Below, piece by piece: positions 49,881 to 59,747 of a DNA stretch of 64,000 bases. This DNA is from a virus, in the IMG/VR virus record IMGVR_UViG_3300031603_000002, positions 1 to 64,000 of that record; one strand, given 5' to 3'. How positions within the stretch are numbered: the first letter of the stretch is position 1; each line of letters begins with the position of its first letter. The notes beneath the pieces were generated by a model that did no database searches, was not told the DNA's origin, and was given only the letters and a program-made list of their open reading frames with translations. The translations under genes were made by a program, and so were the position numbers.

Positions 49881-50147
49881 ATGAAGAATAACAAGGAAAA
49901 GAGCCTTTGGGAAGTTGTAAAGTGGATGCATGAAATCTATGATAAGGGTGAGGACGATGATCCATCGACTGAATTGCTCGTAGAACCAGACGCATCGACT
50001 GAAAATGAGGAAGATGCCCAAGAGCAAAGCGTTGCAGCCGGTGTAGCCGGTGTCACGACTCCGCTGGGAACAGACTCAGCATATCCAGACAAGAAGTCCG
50101 CAGTCGCGGCATCCGGTGGCAACGCAAAAGCACCAAACACTAAATAA
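49881..50147 (+). CDS. Small acidic protein
   Basis: ATATTTA at 49869; EQSVAAGVAGVTTPLG. Confidence 0.55.
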   Translation: MKNNKEKSLWEVVKWMHEIYDKGEDDDPSTELLVEPDASTENEEDAQEQSVAAGVAGVTTPLGTDSAYPDKKSAVAASGGNAKAPNTK

Positions 50148-50244
50148 ATATTTGAACAACAGCAACAAAAACAATAAGATATAACATACAAATTTGACAA
50201 ATTGCAAATTGTGGAAGCCTAATTTATAAACTTGGAGGTTTAAG

Positions 50245-51033
50245 ATGGCAGTTAATTTAGAAGCACTACGTAAGAAGTTGGCCCAATTGAATGGTGAGGG
50301 CTCTCGAAAGAATGCGTTCTGGCGACCTGAGAAGGGTAAGGAGTCCGTTGTACGACTCATCTCTTTTCCAGACAACGACGGACAACCGTTTAAAGAACTT
50401 TGGTTCTACTACAACATCGGAAGCAATCGCGGCCTGTTGTCACCGAACCAGTATGGTAAGCCTGACCCAATTCAGGAGCTAATCAACAAGCTACGTGCCC
50501 AGGACACAAAGGAAGGTTACGAGCTTTGCAAGAAGCTATACCCGAAAATGCGTTCATACGTCCCAGTCATCGTTCGTGGTGAAGAGGACAAGGGCGTTCG
50601 TTTGTGGGGCTTCGGAAAGCAGGTTTACCAGGACTTGATTACCACAATGCTTGATTCTGACTTTGGCGATATTACAGACCCGAAGAACGGATTTGACATC
50701 AAGGTCACCGTGACCCAGCCTGCTGGTCAGCAGTACGCGAAGACGACTCCTCGAGCTCGTCCAGTTCGCTCGCCGTTGAGTGAGGACAAGAAGCAAGCGA
50801 AGGAATGGCTCGACGCCATCCCGAACCTTGATGACCTGTTCACCTTGAAAAGCTACGATGAGTTGGAAAACATCATCAACGCGTGGTTGGAGAACCCAGA
50901 CGACGATGCGCCCTCGGCTCCTCGTCATTCCCCAAAGAAAGCCGACGAGTCAGAGGAAAAAGCAGGTGATGCTGCTAAGCCTTCGACGTTCCAAGAGTTG
51001 GACGACGCTTTCGCTGATTTAGACAAGATGTAA
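50245..51033 (+). CDS. ssDNA-binding protein (T4 gp32-like)
   Basis: FWRP, VRL, GVRLWGFGK, FGDITDPKNGFDI; acidic C-tail LDDAFADL. Confidence 0.85.
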   Translation: MAVNLEALRKKLAQLNGEGSRKNAFWRPEKGKESVVRLISFPDNDGQPFKELWFYYNIGSNRGLLSPNQYGKPDPIQELINKLRAQDTKEGYELCKKLYPKMRSYVPVIVRGEEDKGVRLWGFGKQVYQDLITTMLDSDFGDITDPKNGFDIKVTVTQPAGQQYAKTTPRARPVRSPLSEDKKQAKEWLDAIPNLDDLFTLKSYDELENIINAWLENPDDDAPSAPRHSPKKADESEEKAGDAAKPSTFQELDDAFADLDKM

Positions 51034-51053
51034 ATGACTGTGTAAGGTCAGCG

Positions 51054-51097
51054 ACAAAGCGGGGACGGCATTTATTGTCATCCCCGCTTTGTTCTTT
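51054..51097 (+). terminator. Terminator-like hairpin after SSB
   Basis: ACAAAGCGGGGA...TCCCCGCTTTGT followed by TCTTT. Confidence 0.75.
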
Positions 51098-51136
51098 GGA
51101 GGTAAAAATACTAATATTACATACATGGAGAAAATT

Positions 51137-52390
51137 ATGGTAGTAAAAAAGAAAGTAACGCCAAGAAAGAAACCAGCGCCACGAAAAAAGAAAGTCGCTA
51201 AGAAAGACGAGTTGACCGAGGACTTTACAAAAGACCTGATTGCCTCGCTAAACAAAGAATTTGGTTCAAAGGTTGCGTATAATCTAGGCACCGAAATTTC
51301 TCCTACACATGTAAAGCGGTGGATTCCAACAGGATCACGCCAGATTGATTACATGGTCGCAAACCGCCGCCATGGCGGGCTTCCAGAAGGTCGTATTATC
51401 GAAATTTTCGGTCCGCCTTCGATCGGCAAGTCACACATCGCAACCCAGATTGCAAGGTCAACTCAAGAAATGGGCGGGCTGGCTGTATATATTGACACCG
51501 AGAACGCAACCTCAGTTGAGAATCTGGCAATGCTCGGTATCGATATTTCAAAACGATTCGTTTATGTTGACCAACACTGTACAGAAGACGTCTTGAAAAC
51601 CGCAGAGTCCACGATCTTGAAAGCGAAAGCTATGAAAAAAGACGTGCCGATTACAATAATCTGGGATTCTGTCGCAGCATGTTCCCCAAGGGAAGAACTT
51701 GACGGTGATTACGACAAAAACTCAATTGGACTTCAAGCAAGAGCTATCTCAAAGGGCATGCGCAAAATCACAGGTGTCATTGGAAGCCAAAATGTCCTCC
51801 TTGTTTGCCTGAATCAAACGAGAACGAAAATCGGTGTGATGTTTGGTGACCCAACGACGACTCCAGGTGGTGCCGCGATCCCATTCCATTCGTCAGTAAG
51901 GATCAGGCTCGGTGCCGGTCAACAAATCAAAGCCAAAAATGGAGATGTGATCGGCATCCACGTGTGGGCAAAGACAATCAAAAACAAGGTTGCCATGCCC
52001 TTCCGGAAAGTCAAATTCGAAATCCACTTTGGTAAGGGCATTTTTGAACATGAGCAGATTTTTGATGTGTTGCGGAAACACGGCCCTGAAGATATTGATG
52101 GGAAAACGATATCAGTCAGCGGAGCCGGCGCAAGCAAAGATTTCATTGTCACCGACACAGAAACCGGCGAAGTCCTTATCGAAAAGAAGTTCTACAAATC
52201 GAAATTCAACAAACTCCTAGATAGCGATGAATATGGTCCGTACCTCGCAGATTTGTTCGACAAGGTTTACGTGAAAACAATAGCGAACCCATATGACATG
52301 GAAATCGACGAGAACTCATATGAAGAGGTAAGTGCCTTAGCGGATGAGCTAGGAGCCATCGACGCCGATGTCCTAGAGGAAATTGCATAA
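51137..52390 (+). CDS. recA: RecA/UvsX recombinase
   Basis: GGLPEGRIIEIFGPPSIGKS, YIDTE, WDSVAA, LNQTR, TTPGG. Confidence 0.92.
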   Translation: MVVKKKVTPRKKPAPRKKKVAKKDELTEDFTKDLIASLNKEFGSKVAYNLGTEISPTHVKRWIPTGSRQIDYMVANRRHGGLPEGRIIEIFGPPSIGKSHIATQIARSTQEMGGLAVYIDTENATSVENLAMLGIDISKRFVYVDQHCTEDVLKTAESTILKAKAMKKDVPITIIWDSVAACSPREELDGDYDKNSIGLQARAISKGMRKITGVIGSQNVLLVCLNQTRTKIGVMFGDPTTTPGGAAIPFHSSVRIRLGAGQQIKAKNGDVIGIHVWAKTIKNKVAMPFRKVKFEIHFGKGIFEHEQIFDVLRKHGPEDIDGKTISVSGAGASKDFIVTDTETGEVLIEKKFYKSKFNKLLDSDEYGPYLADLFDKVYVKTIANPYDMEIDENSYEEVSALADELGAIDADVLEEIA

Positions 52391-52391
52391 G

Positions 52392-53357
52392 ATGAATCAG
52401 CCTGCCCACCAAGATCGTCCAGTTTTGATTATCGACTTCATGAACATGTTCATCAGGCATTTCAAAGCCAACCCGTCAATGGCATCCACCGGAGAACCAG
52501 TCGGCGGAGTTATGGGCTTTCTTGGTGGTTTGGGACGGTTGTGCGAAACATACAATCCAAAAAAGGTAATCGTTGTTTTCGAGTCAGGCGGAAGCCAAAG
52601 AAAACGAGCAATTTCAGCGTCGTATAAGAACGGTCGAAAGGCACCGAAAATGAATCGGTACTACGGCGATGACATTCCAACGACACCTGAGAATTTTGCC
52701 ATGCAAGTTCTGTTTATTACCCGTGCATTGAAATGTTTGCCGGTGACACAGGTGTACGTCTCAGGCTGCGAAGCAGACGACGTTATAGGTTACCTAGGCC
52801 GGTACCATTTCAAGACGTCCAGGGTCATTCTGGTGTCTTCAGACAAGGATTTCTATCAGCTCATCGATGAACGAGTGCAACAATGGTCGCCCGGACAGAA
52901 AAAGTTGATTACAGAACAGGCTGTTATAGACAAGTTTGGTGTTTCTCCACAGAATTTTTGTTCAGCGAGGGTGTTCATCGGGGATCCGAGTGACAACGTT
53001 TCTGGTGTGAAAGGTGTAGGCTTCAAGAATATGGCAAAGTGGTTCCCGCAACTGGGTGGATCCGAGTTCATTAGTCATAACGATGTTGTTGATAGCGCCA
53101 TCGAATTGGCGAAAACAAAGGCAGCCAAAACGATTCATCGGATTGCTGAATCTAGAGATTTGGCGCTGAAAAACTGGAGACTGATTTACCTGGATACATC
53201 TCAACTATCAGGAGACCAGATTCAAAAGGTAAATCATCAGATTGAAAATGAGGGTGAGGGAAACAAGATGCAGTTGATGCGTCAGTTAATCCAATCGGGC
53301 ATGCAAAAATTTGATATTGATCGACACTTCGCCGCGATTATGTCAATTCGACGCTAG
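52392..53357 (+). CDS. 5'-3' exonuclease / T4 RNase H-like flap nuclease
   Basis: LIIDFMN, YKNGR, EADDVIG, SSDKDFYQL, GDPSDNVSGVKGVG. Confidence 0.9.
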   Translation: MNQPAHQDRPVLIIDFMNMFIRHFKANPSMASTGEPVGGVMGFLGGLGRLCETYNPKKVIVVFESGGSQRKRAISASYKNGRKAPKMNRYYGDDIPTTPENFAMQVLFITRALKCLPVTQVYVSGCEADDVIGYLGRYHFKTSRVILVSSDKDFYQLIDERVQQWSPGQKKLITEQAVIDKFGVSPQNFCSARVFIGDPSDNVSGVKGVGFKNMAKWFPQLGGSEFISHNDVVDSAIELAKTKAAKTIHRIAESRDLALKNWRLIYLDTSQLSGDQIQKVNHQIENEGEGNKMQLMRQLIQSGMQKFDIDRHFAAIMSIRR

Positions 53358-53686
53358 CCAGAATATTCTGTGCCCCATTCTTCAACAGCAGCCTGGACCC
53401 GCTGAACAGGGACGCCTTCATCTTCGGCGACTTGTTCAATTGCATACTTCTCAGCGTTATAACCAGGTGCACCGTAAGCAATGTATTCACCAACATATTG
53501 AGCGAGGTTAAAGTCAGAAGCCTTAGGTGGTCGACTCTGTTGTGGTCTCCGGCGTGGCGTTGAAGCCCCGGGAACCATACGTTGTTCACCATTGTGATCT
53601 GTGTACCAATCAAGCGTTGAATCTCGAATATCAGCCAGTCCGGCTTCACGAATGAGTTTTGTTAGTCGTTTTTTTGTAATTTTCAT
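53354..53686 (-). CDS. MKIT-leader small protein
   Basis: MKITKKRLTKLIREA. Confidence 0.75.
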   Translation of the reverse strand: MKITKKRLTKLIREAGLADIRDSTLDWYTDHNGEQRMVPGASTPRRRPQQSRPPKASDFNLAQYVGEYIAYGAPGYNAEKYAIEQVAEDEGVPVQRVQAAVEEWGTEYSG

Positions 53687-53985
53687 TCTGTCCCGCTTAT
53701 TAGGTCACGCGTGTTGACTGTAAAGAGTCTGTCTCTACGAAGGTCATACACTTCTGTTCGCGATCCATCATCGCTTGTGCGTCCCACTTCAATTTCAGTT
53801 CCTGCGAGCAGCCACGCTGTTCGTCCTGATGAGCGATTTTGCAGTCCGCCCTGGTTGAGCCATAAAACATCACCGGTCAGGACTTCGCGACTACCAGGCC
53901 CTAGACCGTAATCTTCGAGCTCTGATTGGTGCAAATCAGCATATTCTCGAATGAGCCTTGTCAGGCCATTTTTTGTCATTTTCAT
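53683..53985 (-). CDS. MKMT-leader small protein, SH3-like tail
   Basis: MKMTKNGLTRLIREY; AAGGA RBS; ATATTTA on - strand at 54009-54015. Confidence 0.75.
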   Translation of the reverse strand: MKMTKNGLTRLIREYADLHQSELEDYGLGPGSREVLTGDVLWLNQGGLQNRSSGRTAWLLAGTEIEVGRTSDDGSRTEVYDLRRDRLFTVNTRDLISGTE

Positions 53986-54116
53986 AGGTTATCCTTTTCT
54001 TCTTTCTATAAATATCTGCACAACACACCAGCGAAAATAAACATGTAAATACGGGTTTGCTTTCCTATTATTTATGCATACGAACGTGTCGGAGTTAGGC
54101 ACCAAAGAGGCAATAA

Positions 54117-55562
54117 GTGGCGGAATCGAAAAACAACTTCATGCAGAACATCATCGACAACGCAAACAATGTACCATATTTTGCCCAACATGGAAAATCA
54201 TTTCAAGAGAAAATCTTTCAGGGCCTAATTTTTGACATTCCATGGGCATCTCAAATGGTTGAGGTCATGCGCCCGAACTTTTTTGATGTTGAGTATCTCC
54301 AGTTTCTAACTGAAAAATACTTCATGTATCACCAGAAATACAAGTGCTTTCCGACATTGGGTTTACTCGTCAACGTCATCCGCGATGAGTTGTCCGACGG
54401 CGAAGATGACATTCTACGTGACCAAATTATCGAGTTCTTGCTTCGTGTCAAGGCCAACCGCAACCCAGGAGACATCGCTTACGTCAAAGATAAATCGCTA
54501 GACTTCTGTAAGCGACAAGCATTCAAGGCTGCGTTGGAAAAGTCTGTCACGTTGATTGAGGGCGATGGGTTCGAAGAAGTCATGGTGTTGATGAAGGACG
54601 CTATTTCGTTGGGAATGCCTCACACAGTCGGCCATGATTTTTTTGAAGATATCGAAGCGAGGTTTCTGAAAATAAACAGAAACGCTATCCCAACAGGATT
54701 TCCAATCCTAGATGCGAAGGACATACTCAGCGGTGGTCTCGGAAGAGGCGAAATTGGAATTATCGTTGCCAACACAGGCGTGGGAAAATCACATTGGCTT
54801 GTTGCATTGGGCGCAAATGCAATGCGTGCGAAAAAGAATGTACTGCATTATACATTCGAACTGTCAGAAACTAAAGTCGGAATCAGATATGACAGCAATT
54901 TATGCGGAATACCTTCAAATGATGTACAGGACAATATTGAATTAGTCAAGGGTGTATACGACAAAAAGGGTCTCGGACGACTAATCATCAAAGAGTACCC
55001 GACAGGAAGCGCGACAGTTCAAACGTTGCGCAACCACATCGAAAAACTCGCGATGAAAGGCTTCAAACCTGACATCGTCCTCGTAGACTATGCTGACATC
55101 ATGCGGTCAGACAGGAAATCGAGCGAGCTTCGACATGAGCTAAAATTCATTTATGAAGAACTAAGAAACCTTGCCATGGAATTAGACATTCCAGTTTGGA
55201 CAGCATCACAAGCGAACAAAGACAGCGCGCAATCGGACGTCGTAGGCCTCGAAAACATGTCAGAGGCATATGGCAAAGCCATGGTTGCAGACGTTGTCAT
55301 AAGCATATCAAGAAAAGCAGCCGAAAAAGATCTCGGCGTTGGGCGTCTTTTCATTGCAAAAAACAGAGCAGGAAGAGATGGCATACTTTTTCCAATCTCA
55401 ATTGACACAGCAATGTCAATGTTTGAAATACTTGATGACAAGTCTTTAACATTGTCAGAAACAATAAGACAATCAGACAGCAGCGCAAAAGCAACACTAA
55501 TGGATGCGTGGAAAAAAGTAAAAAGTGACGGCGAGCCGTGGAAGACAGAAGGAGTGAATTGA
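54117..55562 (+). CDS. Replicative DnaB-like helicase (gp41-like)
   Basis: IPTGF, ANTGVGKS, LVDYAD, WTASQAN, IAKNRAG. Confidence 0.92.
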   Translation: MAESKNNFMQNIIDNANNVPYFAQHGKSFQEKIFQGLIFDIPWASQMVEVMRPNFFDVEYLQFLTEKYFMYHQKYKCFPTLGLLVNVIRDELSDGEDDILRDQIIEFLLRVKANRNPGDIAYVKDKSLDFCKRQAFKAALEKSVTLIEGDGFEEVMVLMKDAISLGMPHTVGHDFFEDIEARFLKINRNAIPTGFPILDAKDILSGGLGRGEIGIIVANTGVGKSHWLVALGANAMRAKKNVLHYTFELSETKVGIRYDSNLCGIPSNDVQDNIELVKGVYDKKGLGRLIIKEYPTGSATVQTLRNHIEKLAMKGFKPDIVLVDYADIMRSDRKSSELRHELKFIYEELRNLAMELDIPVWTASQANKDSAQSDVVGLENMSEAYGKAMVADVVISISRKAAEKDLGVGRLFIAKNRAGRDGILFPISIDTAMSMFEILDDKSLTLSETIRQSDSSAKATLMDAWKKVKSDGEPWKTEGVN

Positions 55563-55564
55563 TA

Positions 55565-58030
55565 ATGTATACGAAAGAGGAGGTGTTAGCAGCATCACGA
55601 AAATATTTCAGCGGTGATGAGCTTGCTGCAACGGTCTTTACGACCAAATATGCGCTGACAGACAAATATGGTGCCATCTGGGAAAACACGCCAGATGGTA
55701 TGCATCAACGATTAGCAAAAGAATTCGCAAGAATCGAAAGAAAATATCCCAACCCAATGAATGAATCTGAAATATTCAGGTTGCTTTCATCATGGGAGGT
55801 TGTTCCACAAGGTTCACCGATGTCAGGCATTGGAAACGACCACCAGCTCCAGTCACTTTCAAACTGTTTCGTCATTGGTGCTCCAGAGGATTCATACGCA
55901 GGCATTCTCCACACAGATCAGCAGCAAGTCCAGATAATGAAGCGTCGTGGGGGCGTTGGGTTTGACATTTCAAACCTTCGACCGAAGGGAATGGTTACAT
56001 CCAATGCAGCCAGGACAACGGACGGTCTTGCAATCTTCATGGAACGCTTCTCCAACTCGACAAGAGAAGTTGCTCAAGGAGGGCGGCGTGGTGCACTGAT
56101 GATTTCAATCGATATTCGCCACCCTGAGATCGAAACATTCATCAACATTAAGCGAAACCTCGATAAAGTCACCGGCGCCAATATTTCAATTCGCCTAACA
56201 GATGAGTTCATGCTGGCAGCAGCCAGCAACAAGAATTACACACAACAATGGCCAGTAGACTCAGCTAATCCTGAATGTGCAAAATCTGTCAGCGCCCGAA
56301 AAATCTGGGACATGATTATTGATTCGGCATGGACAATGGCTGAGCCGGGTGTTCTGTTCTGGGACAACGTAATTAAGAGCTCAATTCCAGATTGCTACGC
56401 CGACTTGGGTTTCAAAACAGAATCATGCAACCCGTGTGCGGAGCTGGTTCTTTGTCGAGATGATAGTTGCAGATTGTTGCTCATCAACCTCGCCAAGTTC
56501 ATCAAGGGCGCATTCACCGGTAATGCTCGCTTCGAGTGGGACCGTTTTTCAAAGGTGGTCCAGCAATCGCAACGTCTCATGGACGACCTGATTGATTTGG
56601 AGATTGAAAGCGTTGACAAAATCATCGCCAAAATCAAGGCTGATCCAGAGGATGAAAGTGTCAAGGCTATTGAGTTAGATTTGTGGGAGCGAATCAAGAA
56701 GAAGGCACTCCTGGGACGAAGAACAGGATTGGGTGTCACCGCAGTTGGTGACGCTGTTGCAATGCTGGGCGTGAAATACGGATCCAACAAATCGATCAAG
56801 GTCATCGGGGAAATCTACAAGGCACTTGGTGTTAATGCTCACATCTCATCATGCAAGCTGGCCAAAGAGCGTGGCGCATTTCCGATTTTCGATGCAGCAC
56901 GTGAAACAGATCTTCCGTACTTGGTACGACTATTGGCTTCAAACAAAGAGCTTGCCAGCTTGTACAAGAAATATGGTCGCAGAAATATTGCGTTGACAAC
57001 AACAGCGCCGGCGGGTTCTGTTTCGACAATGACACAGACAACTTCAGGGATCGAGCCGGTCTTCATGCTCAAGTACCGCCGCCGAAGGAAAATCACCCAT
57101 GGGGAGAATCTCAAGGCTGATTTTGTTGATGCGATGGGTGATGAGTGGGTCGAGTACGATGTTTACCATCACATGCTTAAAAAGTGGATGGATGTGACAG
57201 GTGACGACAACATCGAGAACTCACCGTATTGGGGCGCAACGGCTCCTGAGTTGGATTGGGTACAACGTGTGAAAATCCAAGCAGAGGCCCAGAAGTGGGT
57301 TGACCATGGAATTTCGTCGACGTGCAATCTACCAGCAGACGTTTCAAAGGAAACAGTTCGCAAGATTTACGAGGCTGCCTGGAAATCAGGATGTAAGGGT
57401 TTCACTGTTTATCGAGATGGTTGCCGAACGGGTGTGTTGGTTTCTGCAGATGATAAGAACGATAGTGCACACAAGGACGACTTTTTCCCAGCGGTCAGCG
57501 CCCCGAAACGCCCTGACTCGCTTGAATGTGAGATTCGTCACGCATCGATCAAAGGAGAAAAGTGGGTGATTCTTGTTGGGATGTACAAAGGTCGTCCCTA
57601 CGAGTTGATGGCAGGACTTAGTTCCTCAATTGAGATCCCTGGAAAGTATAAGACCGGTCAAATCATCAAGCGCCCACGAAAGACAAAGAACAGCATTTAC
57701 GATTTAAGCTTCGGTGAGGAAGGTTCACAGATTGTTATCAAGGACATTGTGAAAATGTTTGATAATCCGTTGCACGCGGCATTTACTAGAACGATCTCAT
57801 TGGCCCTCAGGCATGGGGCGGATGTTAAATATATTGTTGAACAATTGAATAAATCAGGCGAAATTGATTTCACGAGTTTCAACAAGGTCGTATCAAGAAT
57901 CCTAAAGAAATATATCCAGGACGGCGAGGTCGTGAGCGGTTCAAAGGAGTGCGATGCCTGCGGTGACAATGCTCTGGTGTATCAGGAAGGCTGCGTGACA
58001 TGTTCATCTTGCGGAAACTCAAAATGTTGA
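55565..58030 (+). CDS. nrdJ: Class II (B12-dependent) ribonucleotide reductase
   Basis: SLSNCF, RRGGVG, NPCAE, RRTGLG, TAPAGS..M..TTSGIEP, C-terminal Zn ribbon; no small subunit gene alongside. Confidence 0.88.
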   Translation: MYTKEEVLAASRKYFSGDELAATVFTTKYALTDKYGAIWENTPDGMHQRLAKEFARIERKYPNPMNESEIFRLLSSWEVVPQGSPMSGIGNDHQLQSLSNCFVIGAPEDSYAGILHTDQQQVQIMKRRGGVGFDISNLRPKGMVTSNAARTTDGLAIFMERFSNSTREVAQGGRRGALMISIDIRHPEIETFINIKRNLDKVTGANISIRLTDEFMLAAASNKNYTQQWPVDSANPECAKSVSARKIWDMIIDSAWTMAEPGVLFWDNVIKSSIPDCYADLGFKTESCNPCAELVLCRDDSCRLLLINLAKFIKGAFTGNARFEWDRFSKVVQQSQRLMDDLIDLEIESVDKIIAKIKADPEDESVKAIELDLWERIKKKALLGRRTGLGVTAVGDAVAMLGVKYGSNKSIKVIGEIYKALGVNAHISSCKLAKERGAFPIFDAARETDLPYLVRLLASNKELASLYKKYGRRNIALTTTAPAGSVSTMTQTTSGIEPVFMLKYRRRRKITHGENLKADFVDAMGDEWVEYDVYHHMLKKWMDVTGDDNIENSPYWGATAPELDWVQRVKIQAEAQKWVDHGISSTCNLPADVSKETVRKIYEAAWKSGCKGFTVYRDGCRTGVLVSADDKNDSAHKDDFFPAVSAPKRPDSLECEIRHASIKGEKWVILVGMYKGRPYELMAGLSSSIEIPGKYKTGQIIKRPRKTKNSIYDLSFGEEGSQIVIKDIVKMFDNPLHAAFTRTISLALRHGADVKYIVEQLNKSGEIDFTSFNKVVSRILKKYIQDGEVVSGSKECDACGDNALVYQEGCVTCSSCGNSKC

Positions 58031-58085
58031 GTATATTTTTGTATACATATTGCTAAAGAAACAATGAACGAAGAGAAATCATTGC

Positions 58086-58730
58086 ATGAGAAATAGAAAC
58101 AACGACCCAACGTTCAAAAAAATCCTGAACACGATGCTCAATCATACAGAAGAAGTCGTCCGGAATACAGCGAAATACATTAGAAAACGGGGCACGCCCG
58201 TGTATGTCGTCGGTGAAGATGTCACCCCTGAGATCCCATACATCATTAATGGGATCAAATCCGCATACCAACTAACATACAAAGATTTGATTCCGTTTTC
58301 TGGTGCGACGCTGTGCAATGAAATATTTCTATCTAAAGCGCTGTTTCACCAAAACGACAGCTTCAAAGTGGAAGATTTGAAACATGTGATCTGCGACGAC
58401 GGCTATAAAATAGATCCTGTTATCGAGCTACAAACGATTGCAGTAATCGTCCACGAGGTAAACCACATAATAAACAGACAATATGTCACAGGCTCTCACT
58501 TCACACCAACATTTGAAGATTACGTTGTGTCTTTCGATGCAAAATCAAAATATGAACAGGCTCAACTCAGGGCAAAAGACGAATATCACGCATACTCTTC
58601 AGCACAGGGTGTACTTTACGGGATGTCAGACAACAACATCAAAAAAACAATCCGTCGGGAAGCCCTTTGGGGGTGTGCAATTGATGAATCAAGTTTTGCC
58701 TTTGACTGGAACACAACAAATGAACGATAA
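58086..58730 (+). CDS. Putative zinc metallopeptidase-like protein
   Basis: IVHEVNH plus downstream DEYHAY. Confidence 0.5.
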   Translation: MRNRNNDPTFKKILNTMLNHTEEVVRNTAKYIRKRGTPVYVVGEDVTPEIPYIINGIKSAYQLTYKDLIPFSGATLCNEIFLSKALFHQNDSFKVEDLKHVICDDGYKIDPVIELQTIAVIVHEVNHIINRQYVTGSHFTPTFEDYVVSFDAKSKYEQAQLRAKDEYHAYSSAQGVLYGMSDNNIKKTIRREALWGCAIDESSFAFDWNTTNER

Positions 58731-58911
58731 AGAAGTACGAAAAGAGCTCGAGCACATCATGGGCAAAATATCCATAAAAGACCAGCTTCTTGCGTGGCAC
58801 AGAAAAACCCATGATGACTATGAAGGGTTCGACAATTACAACGATTACATCAAGTACGGTGGAATGTTTGTGCCAGTCGAACCACCGAAAAAACAGGAGG
58901 AAACGAAATGA
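58720..58911 (+). CDS. Small hypothetical protein
   Basis: Probable start MNDKEVRK. Confidence 0.5.
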   Translation: MNDKEVRKELEHIMGKISIKDQLLAWHRKTHDDYEGFDNYNDYIKYGGMFVPVEPPKKQEETK

Positions 58912-59459
58912 ACACAGAAGAAGAAAATGAAGCCCTTAGGGTTGAAGAAGCGCGACTAGTCAAAGAGCTCAAAGAGTTTTCAGACTTGGCCGCAGCAGAA
59001 GAGGCGAAAGATAGGGCGGCGTTTGAATCAGGCGATGAGAAGTATAAACTGATCGCAGCATGCGAATATGGCGAGCATTGCCTGGAGATTGTTCCGCCTC
59101 CAAGAACGTCACGCCTTGTATACCTGACAGAAAAAGAGTCTGATGAAGCGATAAAATCAGGTAAGATCTCAGCGTGTACTACGCCAGACGGTAAGTACAT
59201 CGATGCAACTGTAGACGATGACCTGGAAAAGTTTCAACAATTGGTTGATGAACTCTTTGGGCATGTATATTCAATGGGCCGTAACCTTGGAATGGGTAAC
59301 CGTGATCGTAAACTTGAGGCTCACGAACTTATGGCCGCTCTTGACGGCACACGTAACCTAGGTCGCGATCTTGCGGATGACATCATGGAAAAACGCGGAG
59401 ATTTCAGCGAGTTGTGCAGTCGGATTTTAGGTTGGGGTTGGTTTGAAGCCGGAAAGTAA
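58908..59459 (+). CDS. Hypothetical protein
   Basis: GGAGG RBS, ATGA overlap. Confidence 0.6.
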   Translation: MNTEEENEALRVEEARLVKELKEFSDLAAAEEAKDRAAFESGDEKYKLIAACEYGEHCLEIVPPPRTSRLVYLTEKESDEAIKSGKISACTTPDGKYIDATVDDDLEKFQQLVDELFGHVYSMGRNLGMGNRDRKLEAHELMAALDGTRNLGRDLADDIMEKRGDFSELCSRILGWGWFEAGK

Positions 59460-59488
59460 ATGAACACCTGACGCTCATCCCATATAAT
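59460..59488 (+). promoter_or_regulatory. Sigma70-like promoter for the distal small-ORF operon
   Basis: ATGAAC-17 bp-TATAAT. Confidence 0.5.
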
Positions 59489-59508
59489 GTAAGCAAGAAA
59501 GGGGTGCT

Positions 59509-59721
59509 ATGGTTGCCAGGTATACAACGAAATTTGTGTATATTGTGATGTATACGACATTCACGAAGGATGGATTTCCTGAAACGAAAATCCTCCGCGT
59601 TTGCAAGAATGAAGACGCAGCAATCCGCTTTAGTAAGAAGTGTCAATGGGGTGTACCTGAACACGCCGCGAATTACTCCGTAGACACGCACATGGTATAT
59701 GATGAAACGTATGATGAATAA
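59509..59721 (+). CDS. Small hypothetical protein
   Basis: AAGGGG RBS. Confidence 0.55.
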   Translation: MVARYTTKFVYIVMYTTFTKDGFPETKILRVCKNEDAAIRFSKKCQWGVPEHAANYSVDTHMVYDETYDE

Positions 59722-59747
59722 GCGCCGAGTCTACGAAATAGACATCA

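Noticed and set aside
51137-51215. Lys/Arg-rich RecA N-tail as a nuclear localisation signal or sign of a eukaryotic virus
   Set aside because: Shine-Dalgarno sites, operons and T4-like genes indicate a prokaryotic phage; likely a disordered basic tail.
58086-58730. HExxH protein as a Lit protease homologue
   Set aside because: HExxH alone is too common; no further similarity could be established by eye.
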